Shown: piece after piece, positions 53,344 to 61,997 of the stretch
Position numbering within the stretch: the stretch's first letter is position 1
Layout: every line of letters starts with the position of its first letter
From: an uncultured Actinomycetes bacterium
GTDB lineage: Bacteria; Actinomycetota; Thermoleophilia; UBA2241
Direction: 5' to 3'
DNA: 64,000 bases
Assembly (NCBI GenBank): GCA_963767005.1
Contig: CAVYCN010000007.1
Span: 64,001-128,000 of the forward strand
The notes under the pieces: model-generated
What the model was told of the DNA's origin: nothing
What the model saw: only the letters and a program-made list of their open reading frames with translations
Databases searched by the model: none
Translations under genes and position numbers: made by a program

Positions 53344-54234
53344 TCAGCTGCCGCCCTTGCCGTCGGTCGCCATGGGGACGAGCCCACCCAGGTCGCCGAT
53401 GACGTTGACGAGCTGCGTGTCGCCCGGCACGACGACCTTGCTGTTCTGGTACAGGGCGCGCTCGACGGCCTCGAGCTTGCGCAGCATCTGGGCGTTGCCC
53501 ACGAAGTACTTGTCGGCCGCCTCGTTGACCAGCTGGATGGCCTGCGCCTCGCCCTGCGCCTCGAGGATCTTGGCCTGCCTGATGCCCTCGGCCTTCTTGA
53601 TCTCGGCGCGCCGGGCGCCGTCGGCCTGGGTCTCGGTCGCGGTGGCGAAGTCGATCGCGGCGATCTTCTCGTTCTCGGCCTTCACGACCTTGTTCATGGT
53701 CTCCTGCACGTCGGGCGGCGGGTCGATCTCTTTGAGCTCGGTGCGCAGGATCTCGATGCCCCAGCTCGCCGTCTCGCTCAAAAGGGTGCCGCGCAGCTCC
53801 TCGTTGATCTTGCCGCGCTCGCTGTTGGCCGATTTCAGGGTCATGGTGCCGATGATGTTGCGCAGCGTGGTGCGCGAGAGGTTGACGATCTGCAGCTCGT
53901 AATTGGTGACGTTGTAGATCGAGGCCTTGACGTTCTCTTCGTCGGCTTTGACCTTGAGGTAGACCTGGGCGTCGACCTTGGCGTTTAAGTTGTCGTTGGT
54001 GATGATGGTCTGCGGCTGCGCCTCGACCAGGACCTCGCGGATGTCGACCTGGTACATGCGCTCGATGCCGTACGGGATGGTCAGGTGGATGCCGGGGTTG
54101 GCGTAGCGGTTGTACTTGCCCAGACGTTCCACGAGGCCACGGTGGGTGGGGCGTACGATCCTGATCCCGGACAGGATGGTGAACAGGACGAACAGGACGA
54201 CGACCCCGACGATGACCCCTGCGATCCAACCCAT
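53344..54234 (-). CDS. SPFH/band 7 (stomatin-like) protein
   Basis: N-terminal TM, VERLGKY, TTLRNIIG, WGIEILRTE.KEIDPP and a coiled coil; GGAGGAGG RBS. Confidence 0.92.
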   Translation of the reverse strand: MGWIAGVIVGVVVLFVLFTILSGIRIVRPTHRGLVERLGKYNRYANPGIHLTIPYGIERMYQVDIREVLVEAQPQTIITNDNLNAKVDAQVYLKVKADEENVKASIYNVTNYELQIVNLSRTTLRNIIGTMTLKSANSERGKINEELRGTLLSETASWGIEILRTELKEIDPPPDVQETMNKVVKAENEKIAAIDFATATETQADGARRAEIKKAEGIRQAKILEAQGEAQAIQLVNEAADKYFVGNAQMLRKLEAVERALYQNSKVVVPGDTQLVNVIGDLGGLVPMATDGKGGS

Positions 54235-54384
54235 TGTGGTTGCCTCCTCCTCGGAAGACGTGACGCACGACGATATTCGCACGCCTGTCCTAACTGTACC
54301 ACCGTGCCTGTGAGGAATGCGTGAATGACCCGAGGAACGGCTGTGACGACGGCCCGCCGTGGCCGCTCGACGCCGGCCGCACGC

Positions 54385-55293
54385 CTAGCGCAGCACGCGG
54401 TTGGCGATCTCGAGCATCTTGGCCGGCAGCTCGGCGTGGTGGCGCACGCGGAACACCTCGCCGCGGCCCACGCCGGCGAGGCGTTCGCAGAGCGCCGGGT
54501 CCATCTTGTAGTCCTCGGTGAGCAGCACGTGCAGGCGGGGGAACGCGTCGGCCGCCGGCACGGGGTCGCCGCCGGCCGTCGAGACGCCGTCGGTGATCAG
54601 CAGGCCGGCCTTGCGCGGGTTGCGGCCACGCCGCACCTCGCGCCCGCCGAGGCGCAGGCCGGCCTCGATGTTCGTGTAGCCGCGGGCCGGCTCCGACAAG
54701 AGGCGGGTCACGATCTCCTCGGGGTCGTCGCGCTCCTCGAGGCGGGTGACGGCGCGCGCGACGCTCTCGAAGACCACGACCGACAGGTCCTCGGGGCGCA
54801 GCTTGAGGGCCAGGACGGCGGCCGCCACCGCGGCGATCGCGAGATTCTCGCCGGCCATCGACAGCGAGACGTCCATCATGAGGACGAGCTGCTGCTCGGT
54901 ATCCTCGCGACGCTCGACGATCCAGTCGTCACGCTCCGGGAACCGCTTGCCGGCGACGTTCTCGAGCGTCACTTCGACCTCGAGCTCGCCGCGGAACGGC
55001 TCGTCCATGACCTCGAGCACCGGCCGCGTGGCGCGTCTGATCGGGCCGACCAGCCGCCAGGCGCGGCGTAGCACGGCGGCCGTGGCGATGCGGCGGGCGT
55101 AGGCCTTGAGCTCGCGGCTGCCCTGGGTGAGGCTCGTGTCGGTCAGGCGGGTGGCGACGGCCCAGCCGTCGACCGCGTCGGGCTCGACGCCGAGGCGCTC
55201 GGCCAGCACGACGTGCGCCTCGGCGTCGGTGAGCGGCGGCTCGGGCGGGCGGCCGCGCCAGGGCGCCGCGGGCACGCCGGCCGTCACGATCAT
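54385..55293 (-). CDS. vWA domain protein (probably the C-terminal half of a frameshift fusion with the upstream AAA+ gene)
   Basis: MIDAS motif DVSLSM, GYTNI and ITDG. The frame stays open upstream into the A7 run at 55335-55329. Confidence 0.88.
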   Translation of the reverse strand: MIVTAGVPAAPWRGRPPEPPLTDAEAHVVLAERLGVEPDAVDGWAVATRLTDTSLTQGSRELKAYARRIATAAVLRRAWRLVGPIRRATRPVLEVMDEPFRGELEVEVTLENVAGKRFPERDDWIVERREDTEQQLVLMMDVSLSMAGENLAIAAVAAAVLALKLRPEDLSVVVFESVARAVTRLEERDDPEEIVTRLLSEPARGYTNIEAGLRLGGREVRRGRNPRKAGLLITDGVSTAGGDPVPAADAFPRLHVLLTEDYKMDPALCERLAGVGRGEVFRVRHHAELPAKMLEIANRVLR

Positions 55294-55335
55294 GACCGGC
55301 CGCCGCTCCCCGGCGGCGGCCGTCAGGCTTTTTTT
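55293..55335 (-). other. Candidate -1 frameshift signal: A_AAA_AAA heptamer plus downstream hairpin
   Basis: CCA AAA AAA GCC TGA, then TGAC-GGCCGCCGC-cgggga-GCGGCGGCC-g-GTCA. The -1 frame is the vWA frame and contains no stop. Confidence 0.7.
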
Positions 55336-56156
55336 GGCGCGGCGGCGACGAGCTCGTCGAGGACGTCGGGCAGCGGCGCGTCGGTCTCGTCGCGCAGCTC
55401 GACGCGCGTGGGCAGCGCGGCGCCGGCGGCGCGGCGCAGGGCGTCGGGGGCGTCGGTGCGGGCGGCGATCGCCACCATGGCGATCGCCGCCCGCACCGAC
55501 GCCCCCTTGCGAAAGCGCGGGTCGCTGCGTGTCGCCCTGGTCACGGCCACGGCCGCCTGCACGAGCTCGAGGTCGTCGCAGCCGGTCTCGCGGCGCACGA
55601 TCTCGCTCTCTTCGTCGGCATCCTGATAGTCGAGGCCGACGTGCTCGAAGCGATCGCGCAGCGCCTCGGACAGGTGCCCCGTGGCGATGTACTCGACCGG
55701 GTTCTGGGTGGCTACCACCTGAAAGCCGGGCGCCGCCCGCACGTCGCCGATGCGCGGCACGATCAGCAGGTGCTCGTCGAGCGCCGGCAGCAGCACGTTC
55801 TGCACGGCCTCGGGCATGCGGTTCAGCTCGTTCAGGAAGAGCACGGCGCCGGCGCGCATGGCCTGCACGAGGGGGCCGGCGAAGAAGGTATCCTCGGTGT
55901 AGCCCTGGGCCAGCACGAGCGGCGGGTCGAACCAGCCGGTGAGCTTGCTCTCGGAGTAGCGGTCGTCGCCGTCGACGCGCACCAACGACCGGCCGAGGTG
56001 CTCGCAGACGGCGAGCGCCACCGTCGTCTTGCCCACGCCGACGGCGCCCTCGAGCAGCAGGTGGCGGCCGCTCTCGAGCACGGCCAGAGACATGGCGAGC
56101 TCGTCGTCGCGGCCGACGATGCCGTGCGCGCGCTTGATCTCGGCGATGGGGCCCAC
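55323..56156 (-). CDS. MoxR-type AAA+ ATPase
   Basis: IVGRD, HLLLEGAVGVGKT, LFLNELNR, VATQNP and ALRDRF. Probably leaderless after TATGCT. Confidence 0.9.
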   Translation of the reverse strand: MGPIAEIKRAHGIVGRDDELAMSLAVLESGRHLLLEGAVGVGKTTVALAVCEHLGRSLVRVDGDDRYSESKLTGWFDPPLVLAQGYTEDTFFAGPLVQAMRAGAVLFLNELNRMPEAVQNVLLPALDEHLLIVPRIGDVRAAPGFQVVATQNPVEYIATGHLSEALRDRFEHVGLDYQDADEESEIVRRETGCDDLELVQAAVAVTRATRSDPRFRKGASVRAAIAMVAIAARTDAPDALRRAAGAALPTRVELRDETDAPLPDVLDELVAAAPKKA

Positions 56157-56193
56157 GACGGCAGCATACCGCAGGACCCGCGGCGACGCTCCC

Positions 56194-56538
56194 TCAGGCG
56201 GCGCCCACGACGATGCTGACCACCATCACGGCGAGCACGGCGACGGTCACGGCGACGAAGCGCCAGTCGCGCGCCGCCGCGAAGGCCACGATCGAGCCGA
56301 CGACGCGGATGAAAGGCGTGAGGATCAGGGCAAGCAGGCCGAGCGAGTAGAAGCCGGGCGCCCGCAGATGCGCGGCGGCGCGCAAGGCGGCCGGCGCTTT
56401 CAGGCTGAGGACCGTCAGGTCGCCGCGCCCCACCGCGGTGAGGACGAGGCCGACGAGCAGCAACGCCAGGCCCACGGCCACGCCCACGGCGAGCGTGTGG
56501 TGCACGACGCGGTCGACGTCTGCCGTGCGCGCGTCCAC
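56194..56538 (-). CDS. DUF1634 family membrane protein
   Basis: Three TM segments and GLLALILTPFIRV..FA..RDWRF; follows tauE, as is usual for this family. Confidence 0.8.
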   Translation of the reverse strand: MDARTADVDRVVHHTLAVGVAVGLALLLVGLVLTAVGRGDLTVLSLKAPAALRAAAHLRAPGFYSLGLLALILTPFIRVVGSIVAFAAARDWRFVAVTVAVLAVMVVSIVVGAA

Positions 56539-57345
56539 CTACACCCCGATCGCCTTGAGAGCCATCTGCACGGCGAGCACGAGCAGCAAGACCTCGAACA
56601 CCCGCCGCAGGACCGCCGCGCTCACATGGCCGGAGACCCGCGAACCGAGCTGGGCGCCGACCAGGATGCCGAGCGCGCTCGGCACGGCGTAGCGCGGCTC
56701 GACCAGGCCGCGGCCGAAGAAGATGAGCGCGCCGGTCGCGGCGGTCACCCCGATCATGAGGTTGCTCGTGGCGATCGCCGCCCGCAGCGGCACGCGCATG
56801 AGCAGGGTCATCACCGGCACCTTGATCACGCCGCCGCCCACGCCGAGCAGCCCCGACACGTTGCCGGCCACGTAGCTCATGGCGAGGCCGGCCGGGACGT
56901 GGTCGACGCCGTAGGCGACCTTGTCGCCGCCGGGCTCGGTGAACGAGCCGGCCAGCACCGAGCCCGGCGTGGAGGGCAGCGGGTCGGCCGGCTTGCGCTC
57001 CATCGAGATCAGCACGTAGACGAGTACCACGGTGAACACGGCGAAGATGAAGCGCCCGCTCACGAGGATGGCGGTCACGCCGCCGGTGAGCGCGCCGACC
57101 GTGGTCGCGACCTCGAGCGTCATGCCCAGGCGCGTGTTGGTAAAGCCGCGCGCCACGTAGACGATCTGCGAGGCCGACGAGGTGACGACGACGCAGACGA
57201 GGCTCGTGCCGATCGCGTTCTTGATCGGCACGTGCAGGAACAGCGTGAGGATCGGCACGATCAGCAGGCCGCCGCCCACCCCGAGCATGCTGCCCAGCAT
57301 GCCGACGAGCACAGCGACGGCGACGAGCACGAGGAAGGTGGTCAT
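56539..57345 (-). CDS. Sulfite exporter TauE/SafE family protein
   Basis: GSMLGVGGGLLIVP, AIGTSL, SGLLGVGGGVIKVP and AIATS. Confidence 0.9.
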   Translation of the reverse strand: MTTFLVLVAVAVLVGMLGSMLGVGGGLLIVPILTLFLHVPIKNAIGTSLVCVVVTSSASQIVYVARGFTNTRLGMTLEVATTVGALTGGVTAILVSGRFIFAVFTVVLVYVLISMERKPADPLPSTPGSVLAGSFTEPGGDKVAYGVDHVPAGLAMSYVAGNVSGLLGVGGGVIKVPVMTLLMRVPLRAAIATSNLMIGVTAATGALIFFGRGLVEPRYAVPSALGILVGAQLGSRVSGHVSAAVLRRVFEVLLLVLAVQMALKAIGV

Positions 57346-57405
57346 GACGGGAGCGAGTGTATCAGCCGCGTGGCGCGACCGGCCGTACGCGCGCCCTCCC
57401 CGCCC

Positions 57406-57894
57406 TTACGGCAACGGCCGGCAGTGCAGGAACAGCACGTCCCCGGCGAGGCCCTCGCACGTGCCGCGCAGCGAGAGCGTCTGGCCCACGCGCACTGGCT
57501 GAAGGGTCGACGAGTAGCGTGTCTCGAAGACGCAGTCGACGGTCCGCGCGCCCTTGGCCGACGACCCCGCGAGCACGACCTCGGGGGCCTGGAAGAGGGG
57601 GTCGGTGTCGACCTTGGTGACCACCCCGTTGAGCGCGATCACCTTTCCCTTGTAGGTCCCGGCGGCCTTGACCGGGTGGCTGGCGAAGGCGCGGGACAGC
57701 GACGCCGCGCTGACCCCCACGGGGCTGCCGGCCGGCGCCGGCGAGCCTGAGGCCGACGGACTCAAGGCCGCCGACCCGCAGCCGGCCGCGACCAGCAGAA
57801 TGCCGGCCGCGACGACGGCGACGACCACGACGCCGGCCAGGCCGGCGATCGTCGACGGACCGCGGGAGCGGCGACCGAGGGGCGACCGTCGCAA
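57406..57894 (-). CDS. OB-fold putative lipoprotein (start uncertain)
   Basis: Hydrophobic stretch ending in LVAAGC lipobox, then YKGKVIALNGVV...GQTLSLRGTC. Confidence 0.65.
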   Translation of the reverse strand: MRRSPLGRRSRGPSTIAGLAGVVVVAVVAAGILLVAAGCGSAALSPSASGSPAPAGSPVGVSAASLSRAFASHPVKAAGTYKGKVIALNGVVTKVDTDPLFQAPEVVLAGSSAKGARTVDCVFETRYSSTLQPVRVGQTLSLRGTCEGLAGDVLFLHCRPLP

Positions 57895-57934
57895 GCTGTG
57901 CGTGGGCGATGCGTGCGCGGACGATACCGGCGCG

Positions 57935-57974
57935 GGCGCGGCGCCCCCCTCCCCAAGGAGGGGGGCGCCGCGCC
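57935..57974. terminator. Perfect 18-bp hairpin downstream of the C45 gene
   Basis: GGCGCGGCGCCCCCCTCC-ccaa-GGAGGGGGGCGCCGCGCC. Confidence 0.6.
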
Positions 57975-58027
57975 GGGCCCGTGCCCACGATCGCATCATG
58001 GCACCTTCGAGTCGGTCACCGCGCTCC

Positions 58028-59797
58028 TCAGAAACCGTACTCGAAGGGGATGTACGTGTGCAGTCCGAGGGTCGTCGGCTGTGTGGCCGGCGGCACGATG
58101 GCGTCGTAGACCTGCTCGGCGTGGGCCTGCGCGTCGGCGAAGCAGGTGGCCGCGTTGCAGGTGTCGAGCAGCTTCTCGTTGCCGCTCGCGCTGCCGGCCT
58201 CGGTCGTCCAGTTCGCGCCCTGGTCGTACTCGTAGGTGGCCTGGCTGAAGATGGTGTTGAGCGCCGCGAAGCTGGTGTCGCTGTAGCTCTTCCACATCAG
58301 CTTCTGGTAGGCCCAGGCGACGTCGCGCTCGGCCGCGGACTGGGCGGCGCTCACCATCGCGTCGGGATCGGACGCGAGCGCGAGCTGGTAGAACGTATGG
58401 GTACCGGCGACCTCGTACACGTCGTCCTCGGGCCCGGCCTCGTAGGGCAGCCCCACTCGCCCGGCCGAGCCGGTGCAGATGTACATGACGCCGCCGTCGC
58501 CGTCGGCCGGCTGGGAGATCGTGAGGAAGCCGGCGTTCAGGTTACCCGGGTTGCCGAAGTACTTGGCCTTGGTCTGCCGGTACTGCTGCAGGTTCCAGGG
58601 ATCGGCCGGGATCACGCCGTAGTGGCGGAACATCATCTCGGCGAAGCTCAGGTCGACGTGCCCGGCGTACTCATGGAACATGTTGTACATCGTCTGGTTG
58701 GTGCGCACGCTGGCAAGCTGCATGTCGCTCTGGCTGTCGGGCGGGGCCGACATGTCGGGATCGAGCGCCCAGCCGCCGTGCGGGTAGAACTTGCCGGGCT
58801 TGCCGTTCAGGCTCGCCGCGCCGTTGGTGAAGAAGCAGTTGCGCGAGTAGATGAAATCGCCCTCGCCGAAGTCGCCCGGCTTGCGAACGGTCTGGAACGC
58901 GGCCGACGACTCGATCGTGAAGGCGTTGCCTTTGACGTCGGAGACCGTCATGTTCCAGATGCCCGACGGATGGAACGACAGCCACATGTCCCTGGCGTCG
59001 GCCGCGCTGTCGGCGAAACGCAGGATGTGCGGGATCAGGCCAGCCTTGAGACCGTATCCTGCCTGAGCGTAGTCCACGTCGCGCCAGGCGCCGCCGAGGT
59101 TGCCGCTCGTCGAGACGCCCTTGTCGTTGATGCCCGGCATGACCGGGATCGCCGCGAGCTGGCCGGGCTGCGTGACGTTGATGTAGGCGTTGCCGGTCGC
59201 CGGGTAGGCGACGATGGCGACGTAGTCGTTGTTGCCGAAGTCGCCCCACGGCGGGTCCATCTCCTGGCCCGTGATGAGGCTGCCGTCGGTGGTCTCCTTG
59301 CCCCAGGCGGCCCAGGCCGAGCAGGTCGGCGGCAGGGTCTCACTCGAGCTGCCCGACGGCTCGGTCCCGGGATGGGCAGTGGTGCCCACGTAGTTGGCGA
59401 GCACCTCGGCGTACGACAGCGGCACGCCCGCATCGGTGGCCGCCTGCGCCATGCCCTTGAACATGTCGATGTACTCGGGCGTGTACTTCTCGATGTACCA
59501 CTGGTAAGCCTTGAGCGCGACGAGCTGCTGATCGCTGAAGCCCCCGGGCACCTGCATGGCCTTGAGGACCGAGCGGCCGAAGAGCTTGTCGACCTGCTGG
59601 TAGTATTGGAAGCCCATGTCGTAGTCGGAGCCCTGGAGCACGATCACCGGCAACACGCTCGGCGGCACCGCCAGGTCCGACCGCGGCACGGTCGGCTCCG
59701 CAGCGCCCGCCGGCGCGGCGCAAACCACGACCAGGAGACAGACACTCGCCAGTGCCACGGTCAGTCCCCACAGCCCGCGACGTCTCCCCTCACCCAT
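58028..59797 (-). CDS. Secreted C45-family Ntn-hydrolase (autoproteolytic acyltransferase/peptidase)
   Basis: Signal peptide, LQGSDYDMGFQY, T|CSAWAAWG..TTDGSLITGQEMD and GINDKGV. Confidence 0.8.
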   Translation of the reverse strand: MGEGRRRGLWGLTVALASVCLLVVVCAAPAGAAEPTVPRSDLAVPPSVLPVIVLQGSDYDMGFQYYQQVDKLFGRSVLKAMQVPGGFSDQQLVALKAYQWYIEKYTPEYIDMFKGMAQAATDAGVPLSYAEVLANYVGTTAHPGTEPSGSSSETLPPTCSAWAAWGKETTDGSLITGQEMDPPWGDFGNNDYVAIVAYPATGNAYINVTQPGQLAAIPVMPGINDKGVSTSGNLGGAWRDVDYAQAGYGLKAGLIPHILRFADSAADARDMWLSFHPSGIWNMTVSDVKGNAFTIESSAAFQTVRKPGDFGEGDFIYSRNCFFTNGAASLNGKPGKFYPHGGWALDPDMSAPPDSQSDMQLASVRTNQTMYNMFHEYAGHVDLSFAEMMFRHYGVIPADPWNLQQYRQTKAKYFGNPGNLNAGFLTISQPADGDGGVMYICTGSAGRVGLPYEAGPEDDVYEVAGTHTFYQLALASDPDAMVSAAQSAAERDVAWAYQKLMWKSYSDTSFAALNTIFSQATYEYDQGANWTTEAGSASGNEKLLDTCNAATCFADAQAHAEQVYDAIVPPATQPTTLGLHTYIPFEYGF

Positions 59798-59832
59798 GTG
59801 ACCCCCCTTGTCCTTGTGGCCGACGATCCGTT

Positions 59833-59872
59833 CGAACGCAATACGGTACGATATACCGAACGATGTACCGTA
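59833..59872. promoter_or_regulatory. Probable TetR operator(s) between divergent genes
   Basis: Inverted repeat TACGGTAC (59842-49)/GTACCGTA (59865-72) and two CGAACG-N3-TAC units. Confidence 0.55.
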
Positions 59873-59894
59873 ATTTACTGAGAGCCCCCTGAGA

Positions 59895-60533
59895 ATGTCA
59901 AGGGCCGGACGCCCCCGTGTCCACCTGCACCTGAGCCGCGAGGCGATCGCCCACGCCGGCCTCGCCCTGGTCGACCGCGAAGGGCTCGACGCCCTCACCC
60001 TGCGCAACCTGGCGCGCGAGCTTGAAGTCGGCACCACGACCCTGTACGGGCATGTGCGCACCCGCGATGAGATCGTCGCGGACGTCGTCGGCCTGCTGCT
60101 CGGCGAGGTCGACACCACTCCACACCCCGAGGAGAGGTGGGACGAGTCCCTGCGCCGCGTGGCGCACTCGCTGCGCAAGGTCGCCCACCGCCACCCCGCC
60201 GCCTTCACGCTCGTCGCCCTGGCGCCGGTCGACGAGGCGCCCGTGGTCGACTACGCACGCACCATGGCAGAGCTGAGTCGCGCAGGCGGCCTGAATGAGC
60301 AGCGCTTCATCGAGTCATGGCAGGTGATCGACGCCTTCCTGACCGGGTTCCTGCTCATGGAGACCGCGGCGCTCACGCGCGCCGCTCAGCGTGCGGGAGG
60401 CGACACCGGTCCGGCGACGAGTGACGAGTTCCGCCGCGGCATGGCCGAGGTCCACTCCGACGAAGCCTTCGCGGCGGCGCTCGAGGTGGTCATCGCCGGC
60501 ATCCGCGCGACGCGCATCGGTCCGGCGCGCTGA
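59895..60533 (+). CDS. TetR/AcrR family regulator
   Basis: LSREAIAHAGLALVDREGLDALTLRNLARELEVGTTTLYGHV helix-turn-helix. Confidence 0.93.
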   Translation: MSRAGRPRVHLHLSREAIAHAGLALVDREGLDALTLRNLARELEVGTTTLYGHVRTRDEIVADVVGLLLGEVDTTPHPEERWDESLRRVAHSLRKVAHRHPAAFTLVALAPVDEAPVVDYARTMAELSRAGGLNEQRFIESWQVIDAFLTGFLLMETAALTRAAQRAGGDTGPATSDEFRRGMAEVHSDEAFAAALEVVIAGIRATRIGPAR

Positions 60534-60620
60534 CGGCAAGGGGTCGCGGGTCGCCGCCCGCAGCGCGGCAGGCGTTCGGGCACAGCGGTCGTCTCCTGAG
60601 GAAGCGCGGCGTGTAGCGAC

Positions 60621-60706
60621 TGGTGCCGGAGGTGGGACTCGAACCCACACGGGCGCTGGCCCGGGCGATTTTAAGTCGCCGGCGTCTACCGTTCCGCCAC
60701 TCCGGC
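60621..60706 (-). tRNA. tRNA-Leu (anticodon TAA; bldA-type)
   Basis: GCCGGAG acceptor stem, D arm, CT-TAA-AA loop, long variable arm, GGTTCGAGTCC and encoded CCA; TATACT upstream. Confidence 0.96.
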
Positions 60707-60734
60707 CCCGGCGGGGACCAGTATACGTCGCCGC

Positions 60735-61862
60735 TCAGCGACGACCGCGAGCCGGCGGCACGGTGAGCGCCCAGAACCCGAACCTGCCGGGCGCCGTGAG
60801 GTGGATCGTGGCCCAGGTCGCGCCGCCGTCGCGCGTCGCGAGCAGCGTCGAGAGGGCGGGGACCGCGGCCCAGGCACGCCGCGTGCCGGAGCTGGCGACC
60901 GCGGTCACGAGCACGTCCGGACCGGCGTGCTTCTGGACCCAGGTCCGGCCGCCGTCGGTCGTCGCGAGGATCGTGCCCCGGTAGCCGACGGCCCAGCCGT
61001 GGAGCGGATCGGCGAAGGCCACGCTGAGCAGGCCTTCGTAGCGGCCGTCGAGCTGCGTGGTCCAGTGCACGCCGCCGTCGCTCGTCGCCATGATGGCCGC
61101 GGCCGCGTACTCACGGCGCGTGTCCAGGTGAGATGACGAGCCGACGATCCAGCAGTGACGGGCGTCGGTCGCGGCGATCGCACCCAGCCCGGTGTTCGCC
61201 CCCTGGTAGACGACGCGCCAGCGCGCGCCGCCGTCGTCGGTCTTCAGGACGTAGACCAGGTCGGCGCCGGTGACTGCCGAGCCGCGACCGACGGCCCAGC
61301 CGTGGCGCACGTCGGTGAAGGTGACCCCGGCGAGGGCGACGTGATCGAGGGGCGCGTGCTGCGTGGTCCAGGTAAGGCCGCCGTCGATAGTACCCAGGAT
61401 CAGCGGGTGGCCGCCCGACGTGAAGCCGACCACCCAGGCGTGGCGCGGGCCGCTGCAAGCGACGTCGGTGAGCGCCGTGTGCGCCTTGCGGTACTGGACC
61501 GTCCACGCGCGGCCGCCGTCGGTGCTCGCCACGATCTCGCCACGGTAACGGTCGATCGCCCAGAGGTGACGAGCGTCGGCCGCGGTCACGCGCCAGAAGA
61601 AGCCGCTGGTGGCGACAGTCGGCTGGAGCGCGGACGTCTGCCAGGCGGCGCCGCCGTCGGCGCTCGACAGGAGCAGGCCGGCGGCGCCGAGAACGTCGAC
61701 CCTGCTGCCGGCCTCGGGCGACAGTACGGGGCTCGGTGACAGCTTCAGGCCGGTCAGCACCAGGGGCTTCGAGGCCGGCTTGGCACCGGCGCCGCAGCCG
61801 GCCACGACCGTCGCCGCCGAAAGCAGGATGACCGCCACAACGGCCGCCCGGCGCCCCTTCAT
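60735..61862 (-). CDS. YCF48/BNR-repeat lipoprotein
   Basis: VVAGC lipobox and repeated (S/T)xDGGxxW Asp-boxes with HGWAVG units. Confidence 0.88.
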   Translation of the reverse strand: MKGRRAAVVAVILLSAATVVAGCGAGAKPASKPLVLTGLKLSPSPVLSPEAGSRVDVLGAAGLLLSSADGGAAWQTSALQPTVATSGFFWRVTAADARHLWAIDRYRGEIVASTDGGRAWTVQYRKAHTALTDVACSGPRHAWVVGFTSGGHPLILGTIDGGLTWTTQHAPLDHVALAGVTFTDVRHGWAVGRGSAVTGADLVYVLKTDDGGARWRVVYQGANTGLGAIAATDARHCWIVGSSSHLDTRREYAAAAIMATSDGGVHWTTQLDGRYEGLLSVAFADPLHGWAVGYRGTILATTDGGRTWVQKHAGPDVLVTAVASSGTRRAWAAVPALSTLLATRDGGATWATIHLTAPGRFGFWALTVPPARGRR

Positions 61863-61997
61863 GAACCGTCGTCCCTTCGAAAGTGTCGGAGTGAAACCCG
61901 GTCGGTCGAGCTCTCAGCCTCACGCATCATGCCGCACGTATCGGCCACACAGGGCCAGAAGACAAGGGCGGACGCAAGGGCGACAAGGCGACGCCGG

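Noticed and set aside
60540-60706. Prophage or ICE integrated at tRNA-Leu
   Set aside because: No integrase, phage genes or duplicated tRNA 3' end were seen in the window.
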